Shown: positions 1 through 10,743, counted from the stretch's first letter. The stretch: 64,000 nt of DNA from Candidatus Borrarchaeum weybense (GCA_019057385.1 JAHQJS010000004.1:64001-128000), one strand, 5' to 3'. Notes: a model not told the origin generated them from the letters alone. A program made the numbers and translations.

Positions 1-789
1 CAGTTTTCGACTGAGCTTGTGATGAAAGTCCTTGCGCTGATTACGTATTTTTCGGTGTACCCGTGCCACCTTCATGTTCTGTTTGTGACGGTTACATGAG
101 CCCTTAACTTTCCTGTCTTTCTTTCGCTGTTCAATGGCTAGTTTCTTCTCCGAGTGTCTCAACCAACGGGGGTTGTCTATTGTGTCTCCATTATTTAACG
201 TTAACAAACTCTTCAGGCCAACATCCACACCTACTGCCTTCTGTATGTCTCTTTGAGACTCAGGATCAGGATTAGGGAGTGCTACTGAAAAACAGGCATA
301 CCAGTGGTCGACATCGCGGTTAATGGTACAGGTCTTGATCTCACCTTCAGCAGGTATAGGTCGGTGGAGTATGATGGTAATACATCCGATTTTCGAGAGT
401 CGGAGTTTCTTCTTTTGGTAATCGAGGACGAACCCACTTTGCGGGTAAGTGAAGGAATCATACCGATATTTCCCTTTAAAGCGTGGATATCCTGCCTTTT
501 CACCCTTTTTAATGCGCCGAAAAAAGTTCTTGAAGATCTTATCCAGTCGTCTCAGCACATCTTGAAGTACTTGTGAGTGAACCGTTTTTAACAATGGATT
601 GGCCTTTTTAGCGTCTTTTAGCTGGCTTGTTTGCTCACCATACGTAACTGATCGTTTCTGAGTTTCCCAGGCCTCTTTTCGCTCGGCAAGCGCGGTATTA
701 TACAATAGACGACAGCTAATCAGCCATTGGGTGAAGGTCGCCTGTTGTGATGCAGTGGGATACAGGCGAAATTTGTAGGTGCGTTTCAT
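1..789 (-). CDS. tnpB: TnpB RNA-guided nuclease, 5' part (runs off the window; absent from the ORF track)
   Basis: Manual translation is open from ATG 789 to base 1: MKRTYKFRLYPT...GYPRFKGK...AVGVDVGLK...RNQRKDFHHKLSRKL; close paralog of 49453-50619. Confidence 0.93.
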   Translation of the reverse strand, partial: MKRTYKFRLYPTASQQATFTQWLISCRLLYNTALAERKEAWETQKRSVTYGEQTSQLKDAKKANPLLKTVHSQVLQDVLRRLDKIFKNFFRRIKKGEKAGYPRFKGKYRYDSFTYPQSGFVLDYQKKKLRLSKIGCITIILHRPIPAEGEIKTCTINRDVDHWYACFSVALPNPDPESQRDIQKAVGVDVGLKSLLTLNNGDTIDNPRWLRHSEKKLAIEQRKKDRKVKGSCNRHKQNMKVARVHRKIRNQRKDFHHKLSRKL

Positions 790-941
790 CACAGGTCTTC
801 CTCTGTTCCCTTGAGCCATATCACTAACTGTAGTATCCGCAAACCGCTATTTAAACTGGGGGACACTGCCGTGAAAGTTAAACTGTAAAACAGCGTAATT
901 CATCCCCCCAACAAGTTGGAGGGTCTTTTTGCGGAGACATT
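1..941 (-). mobile_element. IS200/IS605-family (IS1341-type, tnpB-only) element, truncated by the window edge
   Basis: Left end on the minus strand reads TTTAT|AATGTCTCCGCAAAAAGACCCTCCAACTTGTTGGGGGGATGAATT, near-identical to the left end at 49294; it is followed by tnpB. Confidence 0.9.
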
Positions 942-1104
942 ATAAAATTTTGAGAAGTTAGTAAATGGAAATATACATGATTGTCAATCATTTGACCGCA
1001 AGTATGATGCAAGAGTTAATGCTTTTAGGCAAATGAAGGCACATAGACAAAGATTTTTATTTCTTTAATTGAACTTTCAATGGCACCTAATTAGGTAGAA
1101 GAAA

Positions 1105-2652
1105 ATGCGGACAACGATGCGAATCTATTCTAGGTCATATCGCCAATCAAGTCGAGATGCTTTAATCCTTGTTACCCTATTCATTCTTGCTTTCATTCTC
1201 AGGCAACTTACAATCATCCGTCCATACGCGGATGTATGGGATATTTACTACTACCTAACTTTAGCCAGAAATATGACTACAGGCAATGGCTATACGATTA
1301 TGGGTGAAGATCTTGGGTATTATTTACCTGGCTATCCTGTAATAGTTGCTGTAATCTCATTATTTGTTGGAGACATTGAATTTTCAGCATTATTAATTTC
1401 TACAATAGTAGGAAGTTTGGCAATTCCTCTTACATTCCTGATGATAAAAACAGTAAGTAATGAAAAATTGGCACTAATTTCAAGTTCGCTAGTATTAATT
1501 AATCCCCAACATATAACCCATACGTCTAGAGCAATATCGGAAGCAACAGCGACTCTTTTAGCTGTCGTTTCAATATACTTACTTATCTTAGCAATAAGAG
1601 AAAAGTCAAACATAATGATGTGGCTTTGTGCATTTATTACAGGAGCTTTATTCTTAACGCGATACCCTAGTTTGCTTTTCTTCCCAATTATACTTGTGGT
1701 ATTGCTTCTTATGAGAAAATGGATATCATGGCCAAGTAAGACAATGTTTTTGGCTGTAATGATCGTTTTATTTTGTTTATCCAGCATTTGGTTTTTGCGA
1801 AATTATCTTATCTTTGGTAATCCGTTCCAAAGTGTATATGTTACCCAACAAGAATCTGGTGTTGCGCTTTTAGGAGGATACTTAGGAGTACTTAGGCGGA
1901 ATCTAATCTATTACTCAACTAAAGGCATTCCGTTCTATACACTCACACCTCTCGTGACAATTTTTTTCGTATATGGATTGCTAACATCAATTAGAAACTT
2001 GAAAATCAATGCGGTCTTTTATATTTGGCTAACTTTGGGATCCCTACATTTTATACTATGGGCGGGCAATCCTCAACCGCGATATCTGTGCACACTTGTT
2101 CCTGCGCTTTCTTTATTTACTGGATATGGTGTTTTCAATTTTTATCATTATATTGAAAATAAAACTCGGAATTTTAGATTTACTACTCTTAAAGAGGTTT
2201 TTATTCTAGCATTTATCCTTGGTACTTTCGTCAGTTCATATTACATCACGATTAATCATAATTATTTCTTAGAATTACAATACGATCGAATTGCATTTAG
2301 AAGAGCCGCGATATGGATAAACTCAAACACGCCAAGCGATTCCTTGATAGTTACGACAAAGCCAATGCTTTTTCACTACTATACCAACCGAACATGTGTT
2401 TATACAAGTACGTACTTTGAGCAACCTACTCTTTTTCCAGAAAAGCACATATACTATATTTTTGATAATTTAGATGGCAAAAAATTTGAGAACGAAATCA
2501 ATTGGGAACAATTCGTACGTAAATCTCTAGTAACTTTTGAACGGGTAACAAGAGACAATGTACTATATATTGGAGATTCCTTTCCATTTCTATATTCCAA
2601 ATCTCAAGAATACATACGCGTTGTTATCGTATATGAAATAAGTCTCAGGTGA
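1105..2652 (+). CDS. GT-C fold membrane glycosyltransferase (PMT/ArnT-like, family 39/83)
   Basis: Many TM segments, D..YY..LA...G.G...PGYP luminal motif, W..RN...FGNPF and PRY motifs. Confidence 0.8.
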   Translation: MRTTMRIYSRSYRQSSRDALILVTLFILAFILRQLTIIRPYADVWDIYYYLTLARNMTTGNGYTIMGEDLGYYLPGYPVIVAVISLFVGDIEFSALLISTIVGSLAIPLTFLMIKTVSNEKLALISSSLVLINPQHITHTSRAISEATATLLAVVSIYLLILAIREKSNIMMWLCAFITGALFLTRYPSLLFFPIILVVLLLMRKWISWPSKTMFLAVMIVLFCLSSIWFLRNYLIFGNPFQSVYVTQQESGVALLGGYLGVLRRNLIYYSTKGIPFYTLTPLVTIFFVYGLLTSIRNLKINAVFYIWLTLGSLHFILWAGNPQPRYLCTLVPALSLFTGYGVFNFYHYIENKTRNFRFTTLKEVFILAFILGTFVSSYYITINHNYFLELQYDRIAFRRAAIWINSNTPSDSLIVTTKPMLFHYYTNRTCVYTSTYFEQPTLFPEKHIYYIFDNLDGKKFENEINWEQFVRKSLVTFERVTRDNVLYIGDSFPFLYSKSQEYIRVVIVYEISLR

Positions 2653-2660
2653 AAAGAAAC

Positions 2661-3362
2661 TTAATGACCATGTTCCCCTATTAGAGGCACAAAAGAAACT
2701 CCGCCTCTTTTTTCTTTCGTTATTTTCCCCTCTAAATCTTTAGTCAGAAGTATCAATGTTTGAAAGAAATAAACTCCACCTATAGGTATGACTAGTTTGC
2801 CACCATTCTTCAATTGATCTATTAATGGCTCTGGTATCTTCGGACCTGCAGCCGTGACAAGAATTCTATCATAGGGGGCTTGCTCAGGGTATCCGAGTGT
2901 TCCATCTCCATGAATAACAGTAACTCTATCAGAAAATTTTGCCTGTTCGATATTTTTACGAGCGAATTCACTTAACTTCTTAACTCTCTCTATTGAAAAA
3001 ACATGCCCAGAGGTTTTTTCATCACTTGGAGCAACAATTTCTGCAATTAATGCTGCGTGATATCCTGAACCTGTACCTATTTCTAGTACCTTCATCCCGA
3101 TCTCTAGATCTAAGATTTCAGCCATAATCACACACATGTGAGGCGCTGAAATTGTTTGTCCATTACCAATCGGTAGCGGTGTATCATTATAGGCGTTATC
3201 TCTCAGTGAGTTTGGCAAAAATAATTCTCGAGGAACTTCTTTGAATGCACGAATCACCTTTTCTGTTTTGAGGGTTTTAGACGAAATAAAATGTCGTATA
3301 AGGCGCTCCTTTTTTTCTTCTAAAGTGCGAGTTCTTTTGTCAGTCATTATGCGATCACTCAA
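2661..3362 (-). CDS. pcm: Protein-L-isoaspartate O-methyltransferase
   Basis: GQTISAPHM, VLEIGTGSGY, APYDRILVTAA, FVPL motifs. Confidence 0.95.
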   Translation of the reverse strand: MSDRIMTDKRTRTLEEKKERLIRHFISSKTLKTEKVIRAFKEVPRELFLPNSLRDNAYNDTPLPIGNGQTISAPHMCVIMAEILDLEIGMKVLEIGTGSGYHAALIAEIVAPSDEKTSGHVFSIERVKKLSEFARKNIEQAKFSDRVTVIHGDGTLGYPEQAPYDRILVTAAGPKIPEPLIDQLKNGGKLVIPIGGVYFFQTLILLTKDLEGKITKEKRGGVSFVPLIGEHGH

Positions 3363-3481
3363 AAACCAAATATCTACGTTGGACTATTATACAACCTTAT
3401 ATTTAGACTTTAATATTTAAGAAAAGAACCAAAGAGAGCTCTAATTTTCTACGCAATTAAATAAAATGGGGTTAAATCAGA

Positions 3482-3907
3482 TTGCCACAAGTGATTGAGA
3501 AGATTGTAGCACGAGGTCATAAAAACATTCTTGCAACGCATAAAACCACATTTGAAATAACTCAAGAACAGGAAATCAGTACACGAGCCGATTGTATTAT
3601 TGCGGTTAATGCAAACATAGCCGCAATGGATTTAAAAGAAGATTTTAAGAGGCAAGCTAAAAAAACAGATGCAATTATAGAAGTTCTTATTGAAGTAGGT
3701 GGGTTGGTCGAACATATTACGGGCAAAGGGTCACCACAATTGACTCTTAGTCATTCAACAGATCTCGTAGGAAGAAAAAGTGCTTTTATTTCTGATAGAA
3801 CCTTTTTAATCAATTCTGACAAGGCTGCAATAGATTTAGATCGACGTCTGGTAGAGCAACTCAAAAAACCAGATACGGAAATTATAATCACGTTAAAGGT
3901 GAAATAA
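3482..3907 (+). CDS. DUF371 family archaeal protein
   Basis: ARGHKNILATHKTTFEIT...ADCII...GRKS.F...RT..I..DKAA.DL pattern. Confidence 0.85.
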   Translation: MPQVIEKIVARGHKNILATHKTTFEITQEQEISTRADCIIAVNANIAAMDLKEDFKRQAKKTDAIIEVLIEVGGLVEHITGKGSPQLTLSHSTDLVGRKSAFISDRTFLINSDKAAIDLDRRLVEQLKKPDTEIIITLKVK

Positions 3908-3915
3908 AGTAAAGA

Positions 3916-4983
3916 TCAATTGATTTTTAGATCAATAACCACTTGATAAGTATGGGGCGCAATTGGTCGAACGATTTTTTTTGTAAGTATCTTTTCAACT
4001 TGTCGTGAGAAACCCATTACTTGAGAAATTACGTTTTCTTCCATTGACTGTTCCAGTTCCTCTGATTTAAGAAAATCATAGAAATGAAGAATTCCTCCCT
4101 CTTTTTTGATGGCAGTACAAGCAACATCTACAAATTCATCAGCAGCTACTGGATGATTCATTATTACTCTATCAGCAATTCCGATAAGATTGTTTTTACT
4201 AACAACCTCTCTGGCGTCACCTACATAAGGGACCACTGTTCCCCGAAGTTTATTGAGGTTAATGTTTTTTACGAGATATTCTATAGCATTAGGATTAACA
4301 TCAATTGCATGTACATTTGAAACAACTTTACGAGCAATTAAAATAGAAAATGGCCCAATTCCACAAAACATATCGATTACAGTTTCGTGTGGCTTAACTA
4401 AAGAAGCAACTCTGTTATGTTCTGTGCTTAGGCGTGGACTAAAAAATGCTTTTGTAACATCTATTGCAAACCGACATCCATATTCTCGATGAATCGTTTC
4501 AGTTTGATTTTCTCCAGCAATAACCTCATATTTTCCTACTCGATATAGATCTTGTATAACGTCCTTTTTATCTAAAACGGTTTTAATATGTTTATGAGAC
4601 CTTAGTAATGCTTCTCCTATAGTACGTGAATGTTGTGATAACTCTGGAGGGATATCTAGGATCGCAATATCCCCTATCACATCATAACTATGAGGTACAA
4701 AAATAAGTTCATTTGGTTCCAGGACTCCCTCAAGAGTTTCAAGAAGATTCTTAGGCCCTTGATTTTTAACTTGGAAAACCTTTTCTCCGATAGAGAAATC
4801 TTTCACCAAAGAGGCAATTAATTCCTTCTCGCTATCTGACGGAAGTTTAGCCAAAGGAAAATAGATGTAATTTTCATCTTTTTCGATTTGTAGTTTCGCA
4901 TTGATAAGCGATTGACGTACCAATAGTTTTCTTACAGGTTCGCCCTCGGTTTTATGTATACAGAGATAATATGCTGTAGACAT
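3916..4983 (-). CDS. trm5: tRNA m1G37 methyltransferase Trm5 (Met-10+ family)
   Basis: YDVIGDIAI, FFSPRL.TE, DMFCGIGPF, DRVIMNHP motifs. Confidence 0.88.
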   Translation of the reverse strand: MSTAYYLCIHKTEGEPVRKLLVRQSLINAKLQIEKDENYIYFPLAKLPSDSEKELIASLVKDFSIGEKVFQVKNQGPKNLLETLEGVLEPNELIFVPHSYDVIGDIAILDIPPELSQHSRTIGEALLRSHKHIKTVLDKKDVIQDLYRVGKYEVIAGENQTETIHREYGCRFAIDVTKAFFSPRLSTEHNRVASLVKPHETVIDMFCGIGPFSILIARKVVSNVHAIDVNPNAIEYLVKNINLNKLRGTVVPYVGDAREVVSKNNLIGIADRVIMNHPVAADEFVDVACTAIKKEGGILHFYDFLKSEELEQSMEENVISQVMGFSRQVEKILTKKIVRPIAPHTYQVVIDLKIN

Positions 4984-5025
4984 CAGATAACTCTCATTAA
5001 TTTGTAGTTATTGTGAAATAGAACA

Positions 5026-5919
5026 CTATTTCTTCTTCGCCTGGATGAAACAATTTGGACCAAATTTATTGAGGATTGGCAAAGAGTCAATTACGGAGGC
5101 AATTGCTTTGGCTAACGGATGCGCTTTTCGTATCACGTAACTCGAAGAGAAAAGGATAATCAAACCTAGTCTTTTAATGAAATGTTCAATCTCAATTATA
5201 TTTGACAAGTATACTAAATCATCCTTGTCGCCACAAGCGAAAGCAGGGTCTTTCGAAAGGCGTGGTTTTAAAACTAATGAAAAAGTGTGGTTTTTCAAAA
5301 GATTAAGTTGAAGATACATAATAAGAAACATAATTAGGCGTTTTAATTGATTCTTACTAACTATTGCACTAACAAATGCAATAAAAGCTGTTTTAAGATC
5401 GTTCCTTCCTTTCTCAACTCCCTTTTCTGATACCACAACAAATGGACTTGCAAAATTTGGAGTCTGAATTAGGACAGAACCTTCTCGTTCAGTTACCCTT
5501 GAGAGTTCTGAGATGCACGAACCAGGATTCGGAAGGTGTTCAAGTAATTCTTGACATTCTACGATTGTAAATGCATTATCCTTGAAAGGTAATCGTGTTG
5601 CATCTCCTATAAGAAATTCTACCTTGTGGTCAATTTGTTCAGAGATGGCCATTTTCTTTCCGAGGTAAATACCCGCTCGTGAAATATCTAAGCCAACTGA
5701 AAATATGCCTTCTGTTGCGACTTTTCTTACAATTACGCCACTGCCTGTACCTACGTCAAGAAACATACCATTTTTTGATTTTCTTATTAGAGATTTGAGC
5801 CCCGGGAAAAAGAGTTTACCTACCGTATCTTCTTCCTTTCGATGACGTTCTGCATTTTCAAAATACTTTTCATAGGTGGAATAATAGGTAAACAAACGCC
5901 TTCTCAGAGCTTTAGACAG
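5026..5919 (-). CDS. Class I SAM-dependent methyltransferase (start either CTG 5919 or TTG 5895)
   Basis: LDVGTGSG, GDATRLPF, ELLEHLPNP motifs; GGAGG lies 8 nt upstream of the in-frame CTG. Confidence 0.85.
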   Translation of the reverse strand: MSKALRRRLFTYYSTYEKYFENAERHRKEEDTVGKLFFPGLKSLIRKSKNGMFLDVGTGSGVIVRKVATEGIFSVGLDISRAGIYLGKKMAISEQIDHKVEFLIGDATRLPFKDNAFTIVECQELLEHLPNPGSCISELSRVTEREGSVLIQTPNFASPFVVVSEKGVEKGRNDLKTAFIAFVSAIVSKNQLKRLIMFLIMYLQLNLLKNHTFSLVLKPRLSKDPAFACGDKDDLVYLSNIIEIEHFIKRLGLIILFSSSYVIRKAHPLAKAIASVIDSLPILNKFGPNCFIQAKKK

Positions 5920-6018
5920 CTAATTAACCTCCATTGCATCAAATAACAGAAAGTTACATACAAAACGTTTTTATAATTTTCAGCGATAATCTCCTTTTAT
6001 CTTATTAATTTGATTTAT

Positions 6019-6168
6019 GGGCCCGTAGCTCAGCTAGGTAGATCAACCAGATAGTTGAGGCCGACAGCGTCGGGCTCTTATACCTATTTCAGGTAGAGAC
6101 ACCCGATGGCCACGGGTTCAAATGATCCAACCGCAATGATGGATCTGAAAGTCCCGTCGGGCCCGCCA
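6019..6168 (+). tRNA. tRNA-Lys(CTT) with three introns: 6042-6065 (about 22/23), 6081-6100 (37/38), 6123-6151 (59/60); CCA encoded
   Basis: Removing the three inserts gives a 77-nt cloverleaf GGGCCCG...TCGGG-CTCTTAA-CCCGA...ACGGG-TTCAAAT-CCCGT-CGGGCCC-GCCA; introns 2 and 3 form strict BHB motifs, intron 1 a relaxed one. Confidence 0.92.
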
Positions 6169-6181
6169 TTCTTTCAACAAA

Positions 6182-7366
6182 TTATTTGCGTTTTGGGTTT
6201 TTAGCCAAAACCTTTTCATAAATCTTAATATGCTTTTCAGATATTTTGTCAAGAGCATAAACTTCTTCGATTCTTTTCCTTGAATTCTTTCCAAATTGTT
6301 GAATTATTTCAGGTGATTTGACAAATTTTCTAAGCAGTAAAGACAGTTCTTTATTGTTGTTGGGATTGAATAAATAACCTGTCTCTCTATCAACAAGAAC
6401 CTCTTCGATTCCACCTACTTTAGACCCGATGATTGGTTTTCCACAAGCCATTGCTTCCAAAATTACAGAAGGTGAGGGATCAATTAAACTAGGTAATATA
6501 AGGGCATCACAAGCATTGTAAAACTCGGGCAAGCTTTCATATGGTATGTTTCCTAAAAATATTATAGAATCAGTCAAATTTAATGAGGAAATTAGTGTTT
6601 TCAAACTCCTTTCTTCGCTACCTTTTCCAATAATGAACAACTTAGCATTTAACCCACTTTGTAAAACGTATTTCATGGCATGAACGAGGCAGTGAATGCC
6701 TTTTGATTTTTCTAATCGCCCTACAAAAAGAAATTTGATTTCATCGTCTGAGAGGTATTTATTAAGTGCGTTACTTCTTCGTGGTGTAAAAAGACGAGTA
6801 TCAACCGAATGATAAAGAATATCGATAAACTTAGGTTCTGCACCTTGGTTGATTAAATATTCGCGTGATTTCGTTGTTTGTGCAATATATCTATCACATC
6901 CACGAACCACATTTTTTCCAATGAAGGTATTGGTTAGAGATCGAAGAAGTCTCCAACCAATATTCTCAATTGTATAGCCGTCGTAATGTTCAGTAAGAAT
7001 CATTGGGATACTGGTCCTAGTCCTTGAAAGAAACGAACAATAGAAAGTATTCAACTGATAATCTTCATGGAGATGTAAAATGTCAAAATCCTCAAATGAC
7101 AGCACTTTCGGGATCGATATTGGAAAATATGGTCTTAATTTGAATAGATAAGGCGTATGAATGATTTCTACACCCTCTAAATTCTTTTCATTTTTATGAG
7201 GGCAACAAAAAATTGTAAGTTTACAACCTCTTTCTACAAGCCCTTTACAAAGGGTGTGCGAACTTGGATGATCAAAGTACGGATAGACCATTAGAATCTT
7301 CAAATTTTTTTCACTTCTATTGAGTTTGTAATATTTTCTGAGTTCAGAAGTGAACCTAAAGAACAA
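6182..7366 (-). CDS. GT4 family glycosyltransferase (start uncertain)
   Basis: FVGRLEKSKG, LPS..D....VILEAMACGKPIIGS.VGG motifs. Confidence 0.9.
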   Translation of the reverse strand: MFFRFTSELRKYYKLNRSEKNLKILMVYPYFDHPSSHTLCKGLVERGCKLTIFCCPHKNEKNLEGVEIIHTPYLFKLRPYFPISIPKVLSFEDFDILHLHEDYQLNTFYCSFLSRTRTSIPMILTEHYDGYTIENIGWRLLRSLTNTFIGKNVVRGCDRYIAQTTKSREYLINQGAEPKFIDILYHSVDTRLFTPRRSNALNKYLSDDEIKFLFVGRLEKSKGIHCLVHAMKYVLQSGLNAKLFIIGKGSEERSLKTLISSLNLTDSIIFLGNIPYESLPEFYNACDALILPSLIDPSPSVILEAMACGKPIIGSKVGGIEEVLVDRETGYLFNPNNNKELSLLLRKFVKSPEIIQQFGKNSRKRIEEVYALDKISEKHIKIYEKVLAKNPKRK

Positions 7367-7383
7367 AGTCTACTTACCTTTAT

Positions 7384-8871
7384 TCATTTCATACAATAAA
7401 TATGAATGGAAAAATCACTTTCATAGACTTTATTGAACTGTGTTGATGTATCAATTAATTCTATAGTGCCTTCCTCTAAACCGAAGGATTCCTGAAGCAG
7501 GAGATATGTAGCATTGTGTATTTGAGCACTATTTAGAATGCGAGAAAAATTCGCATCTGTACCTGAAAAAATGGTGTATCTTTTGGAAAGATATTCTACA
7601 TCATCTCTCCAGCCATCATTAAGTAATTTTATTGAATCTAGAGTGTATTGATCAATCCAAATGCAAGCATTTCCAACAATTTCGATATCAGATGACACCG
7701 TGTATGTTTTTTCATATATCGCATAAGTAGATGATGCGCAAATAAGAGAAAATAGAAAAGTAAGTAAATAAATTCTCCAAGAGTAGAGGATATGTGTTTT
7801 TTCACTGAAGAACAGTTTTAAAACGCCAAAAGCAAGGATTCCAGATAAGGCAGGGAGCATTGGCAAACTTAGTCTAATTCCTTGAATTTCCATATGATCG
7901 AGAAGATATACAATTACTATAGCCGTAAAAACAAATACAATTGTCATAAGAACAATATCAGAATCTTGGCGTCTTCGTAAGAGTTCAAAAAGCCCATATA
8001 AAAAAGTCAGGGACATTAAAATAGGCGTAATATACGAAATGATAGAACTATTTCTGCTAAGAACCCAAAAGTATGCTAGCAATCTTTCAGGCTGATTGAA
8101 AAAAATCAGGTATGATCTTTCAATGATAATGACTTCTAAAATATTTCTTTGTGAAGTAGATCCAAATAAGAATGCAGCAGGACCAAACGGGTTTCCATAT
8201 GCAATATATGGTCTTAAATACCAAAGGTTACCGACTAATAAGCCAATGACCATTGTTAAAAGCAAATTAAATACCTTAACATTCTTCTTCCTATAATAAA
8301 GGAAAAAAATAATCAACAGAATGAATGCTATGGTAAAACCAGTAGCTTTCGTGAGGATCGAAAGACCAAAACTCAATCCTGAAAGAATTAACATTTTATG
8401 ATTCTCATCAGATATACCTCTAAGAAAAAGAAAAACACAAAAAATTGTAAGGAACGTGATTGCAGTACTAACGTAACTTATTACACTAAAATACAAATGA
8501 AGGGGGATAATTGCAAGGAAAAACGTAGTGAGTAAAGCTATATCTGTCCTAAATAAATATCTAATAAATACAAATGCAATGAAAAGAGTCATGACCCCAA
8601 AAATGGGTGATAAGAACTTCATGATTAAAGCATTTGATGTAGTCTCATAGAGTTGTGCTGCAATTAAGTGAAAAAGCGGTGGATGCCAAAGGAATGGGTA
8701 GTGACGAAAGGTATCAGCTTGAGGAATATGTCCTAATATAACTATATTTTCTGCAATTGCTAAATGCCATGTAGCATCAGAACTCACTGGATGAATAATT
8801 GCAAAGTAGAATCGTAAAAGAGCGCCAAAAAAAATTATTAACATAAATGTCAGTTTTTCAGTGATTTTCAT
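7384..8871 (-). CDS. GT-C membrane glycosyltransferase (PMT/ArnT-like)
   Basis: Multi-TM; D...H, HPPLFH, WYLR...YGNPF. Confidence 0.8.
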   Translation of the reverse strand: MKITEKLTFMLIIFFGALLRFYFAIIHPVSSDATWHLAIAENIVILGHIPQADTFRHYPFLWHPPLFHLIAAQLYETTSNALIMKFLSPIFGVMTLFIAFVFIRYLFRTDIALLTTFFLAIIPLHLYFSVISYVSTAITFLTIFCVFLFLRGISDENHKMLILSGLSFGLSILTKATGFTIAFILLIIFFLYYRKKNVKVFNLLLTMVIGLLVGNLWYLRPYIAYGNPFGPAAFLFGSTSQRNILEVIIIERSYLIFFNQPERLLAYFWVLSRNSSIISYITPILMSLTFLYGLFELLRRRQDSDIVLMTIVFVFTAIVIVYLLDHMEIQGIRLSLPMLPALSGILAFGVLKLFFSEKTHILYSWRIYLLTFLFSLICASSTYAIYEKTYTVSSDIEIVGNACIWIDQYTLDSIKLLNDGWRDDVEYLSKRYTIFSGTDANFSRILNSAQIHNATYLLLQESFGLEEGTIELIDTSTQFNKVYESDFSIHIYCMK

Positions 8872-8973
8872 TTGGATACGCCCTTTTAAGGATTAGATGT
8901 ATATTGCCATAAAATCTAGTTTCTCGATATACAATCTAGCTGATTTTTTTCAATACTTGTAGTAGTTGATGAA

Positions 8974-10743
8974 TCAAGATTTAACGAAAATATAGACTTC
9001 AGGAATCTCATAAACCTCTATAATTTTTGCTAATGTAATCTCTGGAAATATTTCTACCAGTGAAGCAAAATCTTTGTATTTTTCAGGTGTGTATCTACGA
9101 ATTAAAAAGACGCAAGTATTGTCTTCAATAAGATATCTACTTAATTCAGCGCCATTAAAGTAATCTGCTATATATCCACTACCATAAATACGTGGGTATA
9201 GGTCTTTAGCAATAAATTCAAATCCCCACTTTGGCATGGGGAAAATCACAGTATCGGCAGAATAGTTTTCCTGTTGTAAATACTCTATTGACTCCTGCCA
9301 GCCGTATCCAGACCATCGTGAATCAGTGATCTTCTTGAAATCCGAATGAATTTGAACTTCCCTGGGAGTGAGTATCAAAGCGCAACTAAAGAAAAGAGTA
9401 TATGAAACACAAATTGAAATGATGGCAAGGGAAATTATATTACTTGGAATACTAATCTTTATCCCTTTATCGTTAATTATCTCAGGCACTTTTTCTGAAA
9501 GTAGGGTTAGGCTAACACCCGCAGTTATACAGGCAGGAGGCACTATCGAAAGAATATATCCGGTAGCATGGTTATGAGGCCCCCAACTTGTAAATAATTC
9601 TACCAGAATCCATATGACTGGCAGCAGTTCGATTGTTTTTTTTCTTGAGAGAAGCAGACCTATACCTAAAATGAATAAGACAAAAATCAAAACGGTAAAC
9701 ATGTTTAGGAACCATGCTAATTGGTCTGCTAAGATTGTTGGAATTGTTAACACTCTTGAAATAAGACCAGAACTTGTTTGTGAAGTTGTTACTAAATTGG
9801 TTGCCCTAGTAGCAGCCGTCGTAGATGTGATGGAGATAATTCCAGAAGAAGCTCTATCTTTCATTAAATAAGCGGTATAAAGGCTAAAGTCACGTAGTGC
9901 AGCGAAATAGAGAAATGGATAATGAAAGATGATTGCCAAGATCGATGAGATCCAGAATGGAGCCTTCTTTAGATGTGATCGAATATCTTTTGATAGAAGG
10001 AGGTACAGAATGATTACTATGCCCACCTTTAAGCCTAATTGTTTTGCATCGACAGCTAATCCAAATAACACACCTCCTAGAAGTATTGAGATGATGTTAT
10101 CTTCCTTAAAGCCATAACTATAACAGAGAATCGCACCAGTAATGAAACAACTGACAACTGGATCTTGTAAGGCTAACCGTGAATAATAGATGTCATAAGG
10201 AATAATAGCAAAGATCAATCCAGAAACAAGACCGACTTTGCTTCCAAATAGAAGTTGTCCTAATTTATAGACAAAATAGACTGTAAGAATACCTGATATG
10301 GCGGAAACTACTCTTATTGCAAATAAATTAATACCAAAAAGATTGAATGATAGCGCATAGAGTATTGCAACTAATGCTGGCTTTCCAGCGAATCTGTATG
10401 TAATAAAGAGCCATCGAAAATCATCAAACGCAAATTCATTATATACAGCTTTGCCCCAGATTCCCCATGCGCCTTCATCTACAAAAATTGGAACCCAATT
10501 AGCCAAATTCCAAAGACGAAGAACAGCACCGAGTACTAGTATTAATATTAAACTCCATCTTTCGATTTTTAGAGATTTTAAATCGCTATAAAATTCAATT
10601 ACTGAAGATTTTGAAAGAATTGATTTGAAATCAGAAAAAATGACTCGTCTTTTATAGAATACATATAGACTGCTGACAAAAACAAGTAATGCAAAAATTG
10701 TATAGAGCATCGGCTTAAGAATTTCGCTTGGAATCTGACTCAA
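8974..10743 (-). CDS. GT-C membrane glycosyltransferase (PMT/ArnT-like)
   Basis: Multi-TM; FVDEG, KP.L, YSRLA..D motifs. Confidence 0.8.
   Translation of the reverse strand: MSQIPSEILKPMLYTIFALLVFVSSLYVFYKRRVIFSDFKSILSKSSVIEFYSDLKSLKIERWSLILILVLGAVLRLWNLANWVPIFVDEGAWGIWGKAVYNEFAFDDFRWLFITYRFAGKPALVAILYALSFNLFGINLFAIRVVSAISGILTVYFVYKLGQLLFGSKVGLVSGLIFAIIPYDIYYSRLALQDPVVSCFITGAILCYSYGFKEDNIISILLGGVLFGLAVDAKQLGLKVGIVIILYLLLSKDIRSHLKKAPFWISSILAIIFHYPFLYFAALRDFSLYTAYLMKDRASSGIISITSTTAATRATNLVTTSQTSSGLISRVLTIPTILADQLAWFLNMFTVLIFVLFILGIGLLLSRKKTIELLPVIWILVELFTSWGPHNHATGYILSIVPPACITAGVSLTLLSEKVPEIINDKGIKISIPSNIISLAIISICVSYTLFFSCALILTPREVQIHSDFKKITDSRWSGYGWQESIEYLQQENYSADTVIFPMPKWGFEFIAKDLYPRIYGSGYIADYFNGAELSRYLIEDNTCVFLIRRYTPEKYKDFASLVEIFPEITLAKIIEVYEIPEVYIFVKS

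Noticed and set aside
282-576. ORFs 282-503 and 304-576, and their counterparts 49252-49938, 49739-49957, 50146-50478
   Set aside because: Alternative-frame or antisense shadows of tnpB; their mutual similarity simply reflects the tnpB paralogy
1-789. tnpB as a pseudogene because it is missing from the ORF track
   Set aside because: Manual translation is open to the window edge; it is only truncated by the window
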